The notes under the pieces: model-generated | Told to the model about the DNA's origin: nothing | What the model saw: the letters and a program-made list of their open reading frames with translations, nothing else | The model's database searches: none | Source: the human T2T-CHM13v2.0 reference genome, Homo sapiens | Direction: 5' to 3' (one strand) | Length of the DNA stretch: 64,000 nt | NCBI RefSeq assembly: GCF_009914755.1 | Contig: NC_060929.1 | Program-made: the position numbers and the translations under genes | Shown: one piece after another, positions 1 through 13,860 of the stretch | Numbering within the stretch: the first letter of the stretch is position 1 | Layout of the letters: every line of letters begins with the position of its first letter

Positions 1-736
1 GTGAGGCCCAGACTCACCACCTTTATAATGTCAACAGCTTGACAATTAACATATATTCCAGCTCAGTTCTTCCTTTTTCTGTGTGAGTACCTAGAATACA
101 TGCTCTCCCCATCCTCATTTCAGAAAATCAAGTCATTTTACTCTGCCTCTCTTTATGTACAACACTGACATTAATATTTAATATTTTGTCCTGCCTTGAC
201 ATCAAGTAAAATTGGGAGAGCTTCAAATGCTCTAATTCCAAGTTTTCCACCTCCTTTGCCCTAGTGGCTAAGGTTCCCTACCCAAATAACCATCACAGAG
301 ACCAAGACACACTGACTACTTATTCCTTAGTAGTGAACTTCAGTTCTCTGACAGCCCTAGAATTATTCCAGTCAATGACATCCTCCCTCTTGATACTACA
401 ACGCCAGCTTCCTGCATGCCCTGCTTGTTTACTCTGGTCTCCAGTGTAGCCTCCATATGGCCCTGTGTGGCAATGTCCTCTTACCTCTGGCTGTGAGTGT
501 TCTCTTACCTCTGGCTTTGAGTGTGAGTGTGGTAGTATCCTCTTACCTCTAGCTGTGACCAGCAACAAGCTGTCAATCTCAACTGAAAAGTGTTAGGTGT
601 CATGCTTTCAGCCATCCCCTAACATAGATCAGGGACATCTCCTTCACCAGTGGGATGAAAAGAGGAAAATAAAACATATCTGTTTAAACATCAAGTTTTT
701 CCTCATTTTCCCCTTATTCCTTCATTTATGCATCTA

Positions 737-843
737 GCCATCCATTCATCCATCCATTCATCCATCCATTCATCCACCCATTCGTCCACCCATTCATCCA
801 CTCATCCATCCATCCATCCATCCATCCATCCATCCATACATCC
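737..843. repeat. (CATC)n/(CATT)n tetranucleotide microsatellite
   Basis: Direct reading: ccatccattcatccatcc... for about 105 bp. Confidence 0.95.
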
Positions 844-1149
844 ACTTATTCACCTAATAAATACTTAACAATTTTCAGAATATATTCTATTCATTTCTAT
901 AGGCATCTGAAAACTATTTATTAGTAACTAATCATGTTCAATATTGCAACGTGATTAAAATATTAAAATTATTTTCTGAATTATTTCTGAAATGCATCTT
1001 TTTTCCAACTTTCCTACAACTTTACACTAATTCAGTCTTGATACATTTTAATATTGTAGTTTTTTAAAAAATACAAAGGCAAGGAAAGAGAGAAAATGCT
1101 GACTACTCATAACCTATTACTTATTTTAGTCCCATGTTGATATGCATTT

Positions 1150-1720
1150 ATTTATTCAATTTATTTTTATTGAACCCCTACTTTTTGCCAAGAATTGTTA
1201 TAAGTTTTGAGTATAGTGCAGTGAAATCAAAGTAAAACAGAATATAACACAACCAAAATGTAAATTAAAACAAACAAACAAAAATCACTGGTGTCATGAC
1301 ACATTTTAATGGTAATAAAGAGATAGAATGTAAGCAATAAACCATCAATAAAAATACTGTTTTAAGTATAAAAATAATCTAGCTAGAATTTTCTCAAATT
1401 ATGCATGCTTGGCATGACCAAGTAAAGAACAGGAGGCCAGGGTTTATGGGACAGAGTGAGCTGGTGGCAAGACTTAACAGATTATGAGGCCAGAGAAAGA
1501 ACCAGTGGCCAGAACATATTGGCTATTGGGAGCAGAGTACAGTTTTTAGTCCGGAGAATGGTGAGAATCCATTATAGGGGGTTAGCCAAGAAACAGGCGT
1601 GAATATATTGGTGTTTAAAAAGGAACTGTGTACCCCTGTAATAGAGAATAGACAGTAGGAGAAAAGATAAAGGCAGGGAGACAAATTAGGAAGCTACTAT
1701 AATAATCCAGATGAAACAGG
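1150..1720 (-). mobile_element. L2 LINE 3' fragment, degraded
   Basis: tttattgaacccctac...gccaagaattgtt resembles the antisense L2 3' end; gggagacaaattaggaagctactataataatccagatga resembles antisense L2a. Boundaries approximate. Confidence 0.65.
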
Positions 1721-3562
1721 ATTGAAATACAGAGATTATTATTGAAATACCCTAATACAAATGTAGAGTTCTTTCTACAAAAATGATTCAGTTTCATAAA
1801 TATGTTTAGGGATTTTCTTTTTACTGTTAGCAATGGAAAAATTGCTCTATTCTTCTATCTGTATATGTAAAATATTTATTACTATTCAAAAATAAATAAT
1901 AGTAAAACAATTATGGTAAAAAAATTAGTTAATTTTACTCAGGAAGTTTAAGATTTCCTACTGCATGTAAGTTAAAAATACTACAATGATGTTTGCTTCA
2001 TTTACTTTGAAATATTAAGTGGCTTGTTAGCATAATTGCCACTTACGATCCCTGAAGGCTTTTCTTGTTAAATGATATTAAAATATTCACTGCACTTGGA
2101 TTCAAATTTACAGAAGAAACTATTATTGAGAAATCTCTGTTTATATATACAAAATAGTGATACAAACAATTAATAACCAGAAAATGAGTTTAATTATCTA
2201 TATTATCTCTCTATTGGCCTTTAATAGGATATGAGTAAAATCTTTGACCAACCTCCCTTGACCAACACACATGAAAAATAAATAGATGTTATCCTATGAC
2301 TTGAATTTCAATTCATCTCCAGTCTATTTCCTGAACAAGAATTACATTTTAGACTTGTATATCTTCTTTTGAGATTATAAAGGTAACATATTTAATAAGA
2401 AACAAAATGAATACTTTCAATAATAATGTTTCTTTTTAAATGAAGAATAATGTTTTACTAATGCTTATAATTATAATATTCTGACAAAAAGCTATTCCCT
2501 CATGAGGCTATTCTAAAAACATACATAGTCTCTGCTCTATGGGAATTAGCCTATTTGTGTTAACAAATGTGCCATATAAATGTACATTTGCTCTTGTAAT
2601 ATCATGATGCAATAGCTACGGGCACCTTAGGTTGGAACTTCTTCTTGGGTAAAAGCTATAATGTTTATTTCAGAGTTCAAAATTTTATGTTGCACTGTGC
2701 AAGGAATTAAAAGTCATATTTAAAGCACACATTAAGTAGTTTTATCGCCAGTCATAAACTCACACAAGAATCTTTGGTATCAGCAGCTTCAATAATTTTT
2801 ATACAAGGCAGCAGCCAAACAACATGAATGCCAATTTTGTCTTTGTTGACAATTTGTTCATTTAATTTCAATCTCTGACTCAGATATCTCCAAAATGTAA
2901 TTTTTAAAAAAGAGTTTGGGAAGAATTCAATGGAATAAACTAAAATCTTACAGTCATATGTGTAAGAAAAATACATTATTTAAAAATTATTGTATAAATA
3001 TGCTACAATAATCTTACTGAAGCATAATCAAAGTTATGTATTAGCCTTTCTTAAACTCTGTTGTCCAAAAGCAAAGGATGAAATTTAACTAGGTGTTAAT
3101 ATTTAAGCTTCAGAAATTTAACACTGGTTGCCTATCATTTTCTTAGTAGATATGTTAAATTAATTTTATATCCTTTATACTTGATTATCACATGATAGAA
3201 GATAGAAATAATACAAAAATAAAGAAAAAATATTGCCTTTATAAAAATAAAAATAAGTGGTTTATAAATAAAACAAGTAAATAATACTTGGTTGCCATTT
3301 ATCAAGCAAGTATATTGCTGTGAACAATACTTCAGATATTTATCTCCCAAAGTCTCATTTCAATAAAAAAGACAAAACAAGCTTTGGTTTCCAAAACGTG
3401 AAAGAAACAAGTACAAACCATTTACCTTGCTATTCATGACATTCCTGAATCTGATATGGACTTCAAGATGTTTCTATAACACCAACTCCCATTTATCCAG
3501 TGTTTACATATTAACCCAGAGTTAAATCATAGAGGACATGGTTGATCCTTCATTTGTTATAA

Positions 3563-3910
<348 letters not shown>

Positions 3911-6900
3911 AAATTCTGCTTTTTGAATCCACTAAAATTCCCATTTTAACTTCTAAGAACATGTCTTTTAAGAATAGTTAACTTTTTATGTGCTGTCAAA
4001 TTATCTTTCTTCTACCTTTACTAGAACACTGGTCTTTACATCTAGCGTGCAACACATATTCTGTTTGTGTTGCCGTAATCATTTATTTTAGATTATAAAC
4101 TACTTGGAGGTTGGTTTTGTATGGCGTTTAGCACTTGGATTACTCTCATAACTTCAGTATAATCACTAGTCTTACAAAAACAAGAAGTTAATTTGTAATA
4201 CATCTCTTGCATTACACTAAAATGTAGATATGGCTGTCCATTGCTACAGTGACATTTAGAATCCTTAGAAGAAACATACTTTGAACAAGTGTTGTTACAA
4301 ATATGGTGTAACATGAAACAGTGATTTCATATAATAGCAAGCCCTAACATACCTAAGACTGGGGAAAGGGAAAGGTAAATAATATATTTAAGCAGATAAT
4401 AAGTGCTCAATGAATTGCTTTTAATTAAGTTCGATTGATTATAATGCTCAACATTTTTGCTTTTAAAGATTATAAACATATTGTTATATTACACTGGTTA
4501 GCAGAAATGAAACATTAATAACAAACAACTTGTAAGCATTTAAAGGGTTCTGGTAAATGATAATCCACATCCAGCAGTTGTATTTTTATAGATGGAATAT
4601 ATTTTTGTATTTGAGAAATGTTTTAATTTTAGGTTTGAATAAATTAAAGAAACTACAGGAGAAAGACAAACACAAAAGTTTGAATCAAATAATTATTTTT
4701 CTGCTTTCGTAAATGTTTACTGGCTACTTTTAATTTGTTATTTTTGTATTTAATTGTGATTCTGCCATTTAGTAATCTCAGTTTTCCCATACACCACTGT
4801 TTCACTAATATACTAGGCCTTAGACATGTTCCCCTTGCAATGGGCTGGTCATAATTAGTTATGTAATTTATTTTCTAATTACTCACACTATTCATACTGT
4901 TGATGTTATAGATGGCAACACATCTCTGAACCTATGTGACTAGGAGAAATATAGATTTTTATTACATTGCACTCTGCATTTAGCTTAATGAAAATTTTGT
5001 CACATAAGAAAATAAAGCAAATATGATATGTTGTTTGCCTAAAATAGTTCAGTTTTTAAAAGAGACTACTATAATTTGTTGTAAACACCAAAATTAAGAT
5101 TTTTTTTCTTCTCTCAAATACTAGAATTCTATGAAATGTGTAGACATTGAATTTATAACTCTATACTGACATTCATGTATTTGGAACTTATTTAGCAAAT
5201 ATTGATCCAGCCATGTAGTAGGCATAGTTGATGTAAAGATGGAAGAAATATTTTTGTTTCCTAGGAGTTTATATTATTGTGAGAAAGCAACAACCACAAC
5301 AACAAATTTTCTTACCGTGAATCTATTGAATGCCTGACCCCGTTGGTGATGTGGGAGAAATATTTAACTCCTCTAATGTCTTTGACATATAATTGTCCTC
5401 TTCCTTCAGCAATGTAGCTCTCTGGTACTCAAACTGAGGGATTTTCCTCAGAGTATTTCACTAGCCTCTTACTCTTGTGTTTCCTTTCTTTCATATCCCC
5501 AAGCATAAGATACCTTTACATAGTACTTTATGTACTTTGGACCATAAAATGTATTCTTATGAAACCTATAATTTTATGCCAAAACCAACTCTTACAGCTT
5601 TGTTCCTGCTTGTGAAATCAAGAGCCAGAATTTAATTGCCTTTTTTTTTGTTGTTGTTCTCAAATGATTCTTCATTTGTGGTATAAATGAAACAAAAGTA
5701 GAAAAGAAACACATGCATAAGTTAATACTTCACAAGTTTTTATATAAGTATATATTGCAAAAAGCTATTCACTAGCTTTTATTTCTCATTTGCCTATAAG
5801 TCTGTTGGAAAATCATCTTTTCATGTTCCCAAATACCTGCTTTACATTTGATATCCCAAAGCCACACAATAAATAAATTGTAGACATTCAAGACAATGTA
5901 AGTCAACAGAAGCAATGAATGGGACTGAGAATAGAACAATGACAACAACAAAAATGTCCTGCTTTCCAAATGATTGAAGATCACTAAAGTACCTTCCTGT
6001 TAGTCTAGGTCACACCACCCCTTAAAAATCAGTGGTATGCTACCTCTGCATACTAAACTCACCCTTCACTCCCTCTTCATGTTTCCACCATTGGACTTAA
6101 CATCCTGCTCTTCTAGAGATTACAACAGCCACATACAACCTGCTGCTCCCTCTCTCTTCAGTCATTCCCTTTAATTCATCCAACCCTCACCATACTTTTC
6201 TCTAAGTTTCAGGTCTGCTTTATGGGAATTTGGCTTGAAAACTAGGAAACAGATTTCCAAAACTGTCTCTGGGCTCTGGTCTCAATTGAAAAAAAAAATG
6301 CTTTTACCCTGAGAATAATATTACCCCTGCAAATATTCAAGTGAAAAGTTTACCTTTTTGCTTTATAGTTTGCTTTGTAGTTCTCACAATCCTTGTATTT
6401 GAAGCTAGTGTAGGTCTCCTTCTTGCTCCTCAGTGTTACTTCCTTAACATGTTTTCTGCTTCCAATTATACAACCATAAACATGGTAAGGAAAACAAAAA
6501 AATATTTTCTCTAAATTGCACCCCATGGGATGCTCTTTTTTTTTCTGTCTTCTTTTTTTCTTTTCAATCTATTCAACTCTGATCTCTCCCTATCAGTTTT
6601 GGTAAATAATAGTAATTGACACTCAGGTTTCTTCTCTTACCTGAAATCATGGCATAGCTCTAATAGGATTACATATCCATATGAATAAACATTGATATAT
6701 TTCACGTAAGCTGTTTCTTGATCTGCATACAACTGTTATTTTCTTCCTCTTCACCATAGGCAGATTTCTGTGAGTATACCCTGGTCTTGTGGATAAAACA
6801 AATCACTTAAAAATAAGTAATTAAAACATCCCCTCAAGTATCCTTTTCTGATCAGCTATTCTCACGACACTCTTTCAATCACCAATTTCTTCTCCTGTTT

Positions 6901-8129
6901 GCACTCTGAGTGGTTGAGATTGGGATTCTTTGGTTTATAAATGTTATAAGAAGTTCCCAGATACCTGGGACTGACTATCCCTTCCTCCTTTATGTCTTAT
7001 TTATTAGGAAAAAAAAAAAGCCAACAACAGTTTTCTGTGTGGGACACAAAGACATCTATTTTTTCTCACTAAGATTAATATTACAATTGTAAGTGAACTT
7101 GAGCTACAAAATTTGTTTGGTTTTACAGAAATTGTGTGGTGAATGGTGTATGTGACCTGCTGCTGGTGGCCGAGGTGCTGTGGTCCACAGCAAATATATT
7201 CTGGAGTTGCATTAATTTAAACTTGTTGAATGGTACAATATGTAATGTGAGTTAACAGAACAAGGTAGATCTTTAAAAGAGTCTGTAAATAAATATCTTT
7301 AATATTAATCTTAGAAACATTCAGCAAATAAATTGAATTCAGTTAACTATATGATGTTAAATATATTAATATTTGAAATGAAGAACTTTCTAAGTAAACT
7401 TAGTGATTCATCATGATGAATTTTGCTTATTTTCTCAAAACATTTTGTTTCACTGCTTTATAATTTATAAAATTATGTTGTTTCGTGGTTACGTTTGCCC
7501 CCATCATTTCTTTTCCTCTACAGCCAAGTCTGTCATTCACATGCATAAATACATATTGAAAAATTCTGAGCCATAACAAGTATAAGATTATTAGACTATA
7601 CACATCGTTTTAAAAAATGCTCTAGATTGGCTAATTTGTCAAACAGTCACCACGGCTTTTCCACTTGCAGATCTCAGCAAATCATATGCAAATGGCATAG
7701 GATCCGTTTTCATAAGTAAATAACAAATGCAATGTGATCTCTAAGAATTGACTACTCCTCCTCCAAATCACCTTAATATTATCTTTAACTGTTTCAAAGT
7801 TTGAAAAAATAAGTTTCTTTTGGATCACAGAGCTGACATCACAAGAACATGAATAAAACCTGCAGTAGACTAGATATAAGCCACAGGAAGCCCTAAACTT
7901 GTCTGTAGGATCAGTTTTCAGCTTTCACTGTCTGTCATTTGACTGTCTACAGAGATTGCTGTTAAAACGCAAAGATCATATCTAGGCTTTAGACAATATC
8001 ACATGCTTTTTAACATATATTAGTTGGTTTAATACATGCGAAACACTCAAGAGCACACAAAAATTAAATCTACTATAGTAAGTGGAAAGGCTGCATACTT
8101 TCAAAATAATATTTTTTATCACTTCATTG

Positions 8130-8238
8130 TTTAACTCAACAAAGTTTTGAATACATATATTTGTTTGTCACTGTTCTATGCTGTGCTGATCACAAAATAA
8201 AAGTCTATGAATATTCCTTCAAAGAGCTGGTAATCTCC

Positions 8239-8284
<46 letters not shown>

Positions 8285-10100
8285 GAAAAGATATTTATGA
8301 CACAAATAATCACAACAAAATAAGCAGGGGTCATTTAGTGGATGCATTCCTTAAGTCATAAGTGGTTTGTTAAATCTTTATAATATTCCTTTAATTAAGT
8401 ACAATTATGATCCTCATATCTCAGAAGAAGGAATTGAAGCTAAGAGATCTTGCTCAAGGTCTTACAACTGCAGAATGACAAATAAATGTGAGACTGCATG
8501 CAATTCATGTAGAATATTTAAAAGGCACACACAACAAACATATGTATAATAACAAGGTGCCACAGGAGTGTGTGAAGAACCAGCTATGAGGAGAGCTTAT
8601 GGTGAATGAGGTTAAAAGACAGGACAGATTCTCTGAAATGTCATACAGTAAGCTAATTAATGAAAGAATAATATTGGTGAAAGGGTCCCAGACTGAAGAA
8701 ACAGCAATGAGGAAACCTGTTGAAGAGAATGTCAAGCAGCTTGAAGTTATTGGAGTATGGAAGTGGAAAAATGAGATGAAGGAAAAAGAGAAGGGAAAAT
8801 TCTGCTGGAACCATATTTCAAAGTCTCCATCTGCTAGATCAAAAAGCTCGGATCTTCTTTGAAGACATTAGGAAGCCCTGAAGTATTTTGTTTCAATGGA
8901 TGACATTGTCACATTGGCATTTTAGATATTCAAAGTGGCATCTTTTGTGAGATATTTTGAGAAGGCTAAGATGAAAGAAAAAAGAGAAACCTTCATAAAT
9001 TGTTGTGGGTAGACCTTTTGAGAGTTATAATACAACATGAGTATGCAACTGATAAAATGTAGAAAAATGGAGGGATTGTCGATAAATTTAAGGTTAACAC
9101 TAGAAAATGTGAATCAACATGTGTACTCATAGAATAGTAATTAAGGATAATTTTAGGGTTTTTTTGCATGATTTAATGCTAAGTTATCCAACTGAGATTA
9201 AGGCTAAAATGATAGGTAAATGATGTGGAATTTTGGGGAGGAAAAAACTCTTTTTTTCTGAGTTGGAAGAATAAGAAAAGAAGTGACATTTGAGGAATAT
9301 AATAATCTATAACCAGAAATGGTGACATTGTTGTGAGCAAAGGGCATATAACATTTGAGCAACAACTGGGTGATGACATTTTATTCAGGAAATATGGAGT
9401 ACACAAGGTTTTTAGTAATGGGAAATAGAAATGTGGACTGGGTGGAGATAATGCTGTCGAAATGCATTGAATATGATTAATGAAGATGTATCTACCTGCT
9501 TAGGGGAGGCTCACATCCAGTTACTTGTTCCAGATTGTGTATTTTCTTGCAATTAATTTTTTGCCTCTGAAAATGTTTACCTTTTAAACTTAATTTTGAC
9601 ATACATATAAAGGTGTAATTTAAAATTTTCTAGAATGAAAAAGAATATAAGGATAACCACAATAAATATTTAAAAATATTATTTGCATTCCATATGGCAG
9701 GCTTAGTATTTACCCTTTAGGCATAAAAGTATAATTTGCAATAGACACACATAGTACCCACAGTGATAGAAACAGGCTGTAATGCTAGAGAATAACAGAG
9801 GGTTAAGAGACCTTCAGATTCTGGCAGCGGGGAGACCCACTGCGATACATTATTCGCTGATTGTCTAGCTGGGAAGGTGACATTTAGGCTGAACACTTGG
9901 AAGATAAGTAGGATTCAGTCAAATGAAGAGTGGAGAGATAAGTCCTTTCAAGCAGCCGCAAGAGTATGTGCAAGAGCAGTAAAGAGGTAGAGAGCTCCAA
10001 TTGCTTGTAGGAGAGCAAGCAGCCCACTAAGTACAGAGCAAGACACTGAAGATCAAAGATAAAAGTAGAAGGTTGGAAAAATAGGGTAGCAATGAAGTAG
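8130..10100 (-). mobile_element. Cluster of degraded L2 fragments with a MIR piece (about 8370-8480)
   Basis: Purine-rich antisense-L2-like text such as aaggtgacatttaggctgaacacttggaagataagtagga; MIR-like gaattgaagctaagagatcttgctcaaggtcttacaact. Boundaries approximate. Confidence 0.5.
8239..8284. repeat. (GA)n microsatellite
   Basis: Direct reading. Confidence 0.95.
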
Positions 10101-12034
10101 AGTCTATATCTGATGTAACTGTCAAGTTTATGGTATAAGATATGAGAGGGATAAAGTTCCCAGAAATAATATCTTAGATTTAAAATTAGTAAACAGGCAG
10201 AATCAGGGTAACTTTACACACAAAGAAACTAAAAATTCTCTATCCATATCATAGTGATGCCCAAGGCAGACACTACTTATTCTCACCATCAATCATATCT
10301 TTTTTATTTAGTTTAAATTATTATCCTTTTTTACTTTCTAGATTTTTAAAGGAACAGTTACAAATCATCTTATCTCCTAAGGTGTGACTTACACCTATCC
10401 TTATCCTCAGGTAGGTGAGCCAGTAACATTTAAGATTCATTGCTACAACAAGAATTCAGACAGAAAAGTCAAAGAAGAATGAGCTTCGGCTGAAAAGAAA
10501 TGATGGAGATATAGCAATTTTACTTTTTGAAATTTCTGAGTAGTACTTCTACAGAATGTATGGCCATTTTGGATATTGCCATTATTCTTCTAGAATAATA
10601 GTTTCTCAAAAGATTGTTTTAAAATTGGGATGGGCTCTGATAAAATTGCCAAAAAGTACATTTCAAAATCAATATACACTCATAATCTGAAATTTAATAT
10701 TCTCACAATATATTCATCAATTTCCCATTTGCAAATGATGAGCTTCTTGCAGTTTAAAAGTTATAATTAAATCTCAGTTCTCTAATATGTATTGGCTCTA
10801 TGAAATTCTACTACTGGGTATGACAGCTAAGGAATAATTTTACTTTTTAAAATTAGTTTAAATGTGATGTTTTCTAAGAGCTTTAAGCTTGCTAAAATTC
10901 CAGTAAAATTTTATTTAAATAAATTGGATCATGGCATTAAAACGATACTCTGCATTTTAATAGCATAATCACGAATATGGGTTTATTCCCTCCAATAGTA
11001 ATCCCAATTTCTTTTAGAGACAATACACTTCATAAACTTTGGTATAAACTTTTGATGTGAAATGTTCATTATATATATGTCAGTTACGTTAAGTTCAACT
11101 CTTTGTTGAAGTAACAAATTCTATCAAACAAGCACCATTTGAAGTTAGTCAACGAGCTTTATAAGAGAGAGCATAATTTATATTGAGATGTTAAATATCC
11201 TTATGCTAAATGTGTTTCATTCAACAATCAACAGTTTTCTCATTAGCATGTTAGATAAAATATTTGATATCGGTTAAACAAGTGTCTTATTTATTAGCAT
11301 AATGGATATTAGAAATGAGTTTAAAGGTTTGATTATAAATGTTCAGGGAATACAAAATAGCTACAGTAGTTTAGAAAACTCTTTCCTCTACCTTTCACAA
11401 ATAGAGTATATAAATCTACCTAACTAGATTTACTGAACTCCTAGGGAAAGTACCTTAATTGGTCCTGTATCAAGCCTTTTGTTTAAGAGGATTTCATATC
11501 CATGTTTTATGAGTTGGGGGGAATCTGCAATCATTCTCTCAGGCTGATGTCCTAATGTGAAATTACTCATTAAAGAGCTTAGAAGAGCTACTGGAAAAGC
11601 AATAAATGTTAAAATTATTATTTGATGTTATAATAAATTATTTGCATCAATGATTTAAAATAAAGATGGTATCATTTTATTAACAATCTTGCTAAATACA
11701 AATTAGAACCTTATTGCATAAACATTATGAAAACAGATATAACCTAGCTTGAATTTTCTATTCCTTCCATGTATAATTTTGTATTTAGCCCATGTCTTTC
11801 ATTCTCTTTATATTCTACTCTCACTCTGATGTTTTTCAGTTACTATTTTCACAGAAATAATCAGCCTCCTGCCTACAACAGCATGAACCAAAGTGCTATA
11901 GGGCACAATCACTTGACTTACATTAAATTTAAAGCCTGCAAATAATGAAAAACAAACAACATGAAAAAAATTAAAACCCAGCACACTACCTTTTTTTTCA
12001 ACATATATAAATTTTGAAAACAAAAACCCTTCTA

Positions 12035-12232
12035 AAGCTAGTAGAAGTCAGAATCGCGGTTACCTTTGAGGCAGCTGGTTATGAATGAAAACAGGCTCCA
12101 GGGGTATCTGGCTTTCAGTTTATGTTCTATTTCTTAATCAAGGTACTGGCTACATGGATGTGTTTTCTTTGTGAAAATTTATCAAGCTGTATCTTTAGGA
12201 TATTTGATGTGTATAGATATTCATTAAAATGT
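12035..12232 (+). mobile_element. Old L1M (L1ME/L1MC-type) 3' end fragment
   Basis: agaagtcagaatcgcggttacctttg...tgttctatttcttaatc...tttgtgaaaatttatcaagctgta is typical of old L1 3' UTRs. Confidence 0.7.
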
Positions 12233-12399
12233 TTAAAATTGAGGAAAAAATATACGGTGGAAAATAACTGATTTCAACCTGTGGGCTCGTGTGACACTAT
12301 AAATTCAGAAGAATATAAGAGTAATTCATAAAATGTAAAAAATAGAGAGTTGAACTCAAGGTAATAAAATGGAAATCTCTAGCAGTAAGAAACAGACAG

Positions 12400-12400
<1 letters not shown>

Positions 12401-12429
<29 letters not shown>
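12401..12429. repeat. (TG)n microsatellite
   Basis: Direct reading. Confidence 0.95.
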
Positions 12430-12431
<2 letters not shown>

Positions 12432-13489
12432 TTGTATGTGTATGCACACATGTATGCATGTGCATGAGAGGACATCCATCCCTCAAGTTTTTAATCCAGG
12501 AACCTGAGTTTTAGTTTTTACCCGCTTTGTCCTTTCTCTTCTTAGCCAATCTACTGCCGTGCCTCTCTAATGCTCATCTTTAACATCTCTTCATATCTCT
12601 ATCCGCTTCTCTTTACCCCACATCATTTCTCAGGCATGTGACTCCAATTGTGTAGGAATTGGAACTGGGATTGGTTAGGAACACTAATGTGTTTAACAAT
12701 CTACTTTCTTGCCTCTCGCTGACCCATTCTTAATATACAAATGAAATGACAACTACAAAATGTAAGTCTAACTATGTTGCTAAAATATATTCAGTCAAGC
12801 TTATGGCCCTTAGTATGTAGCCATAGTCTTAATGATGACCCATGGTTGTCCTTTCATTTCATAAAATGATTCTTTTTCCCAATTCTAGTAGTACTGGCCT
12901 TCTTTCACTCTTTGGGAGTTACCTTATTTTACACTCTCTTTGACAGTACTACTTCCTCTGTTTGGAAAATGCTCCAACTCCATCTCACTTGAAAAATCAA
13001 TTTTTACTCTTCATGTAAGCTCTTGGTCACATTCTCAATAGATTATCTCCCTAATTGTCCTTACCTCAGGGTCTGGGCTGAGGCAGAGAGCAAGAGAACA
13101 AATTCTGACAGTTTCTGACAAAAGATATTTTAATTTTACACTCAAAAATTGAGTAATTGAGTAAATAATAAATTTAAAAAAAACTAGCTTTGGGTTTTTG
13201 TGGGGTATCCATGAGTTTTAGCTTAAAACACTATTAGTCACTTGAATTCAATAAGTCCCAATTTTAATTATAGGGCTGCAATGACATTTTGAAATTCTGG
13301 AAAATAATAATGTAGAGCTAGTGTATTCCAGAAAATTCTGGGTTTTACTTTTCTTGGTATACATTTAAATGGCATATCAAGAGATCCTTTTGGATAAGGC
13401 TAAAAGAAATATACCCAGCAATATTATTTAAGGTATTATTGAACATTTCTTCTGCAAATATATCTGAATTTATTTGGGAATCCATCAAA

Positions 13490-13860
13490 CTTCACTAGGT
13501 TATGCTTCATTAACATACAAACCCCAAATCGAAGTGATATACATAGAAATATTTTATTTCATTTTCTCTTATTACATGTTGGCTGTGGTACTGCTTTACC
13601 TGTTTTCTTCATGGGAAGCAAATTCAGAAAAAAACCCATTTTAGGAACATGCTACTTTTTTGTAGCCAGGAAAAAGAACCATTATCATAAATGCCTTTTA
13701 AAACTTTTACCTGCAAATGACAATGATCACTTCTGTTTGTATTTTATTGGCTATGTCTATTAGTCTTCCCAATGGAAGAGGCAGATGTGAAAGGTGATAC
13801 TGGCAGGGGATCACATAAAAAGAAACAGCGAGTCTATTGACAGATGACTACAATCTAACA
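13490..13860 (-). mobile_element. Very old LTR relic (LTR33/MLT1L-like)
   Basis: ctaggttatgct...aacatacaaaccccaaatc...tcacttctgtttgtattttattggc resembles antisense old ERVL/MaLR LTRs; family uncertain. Confidence 0.45.
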
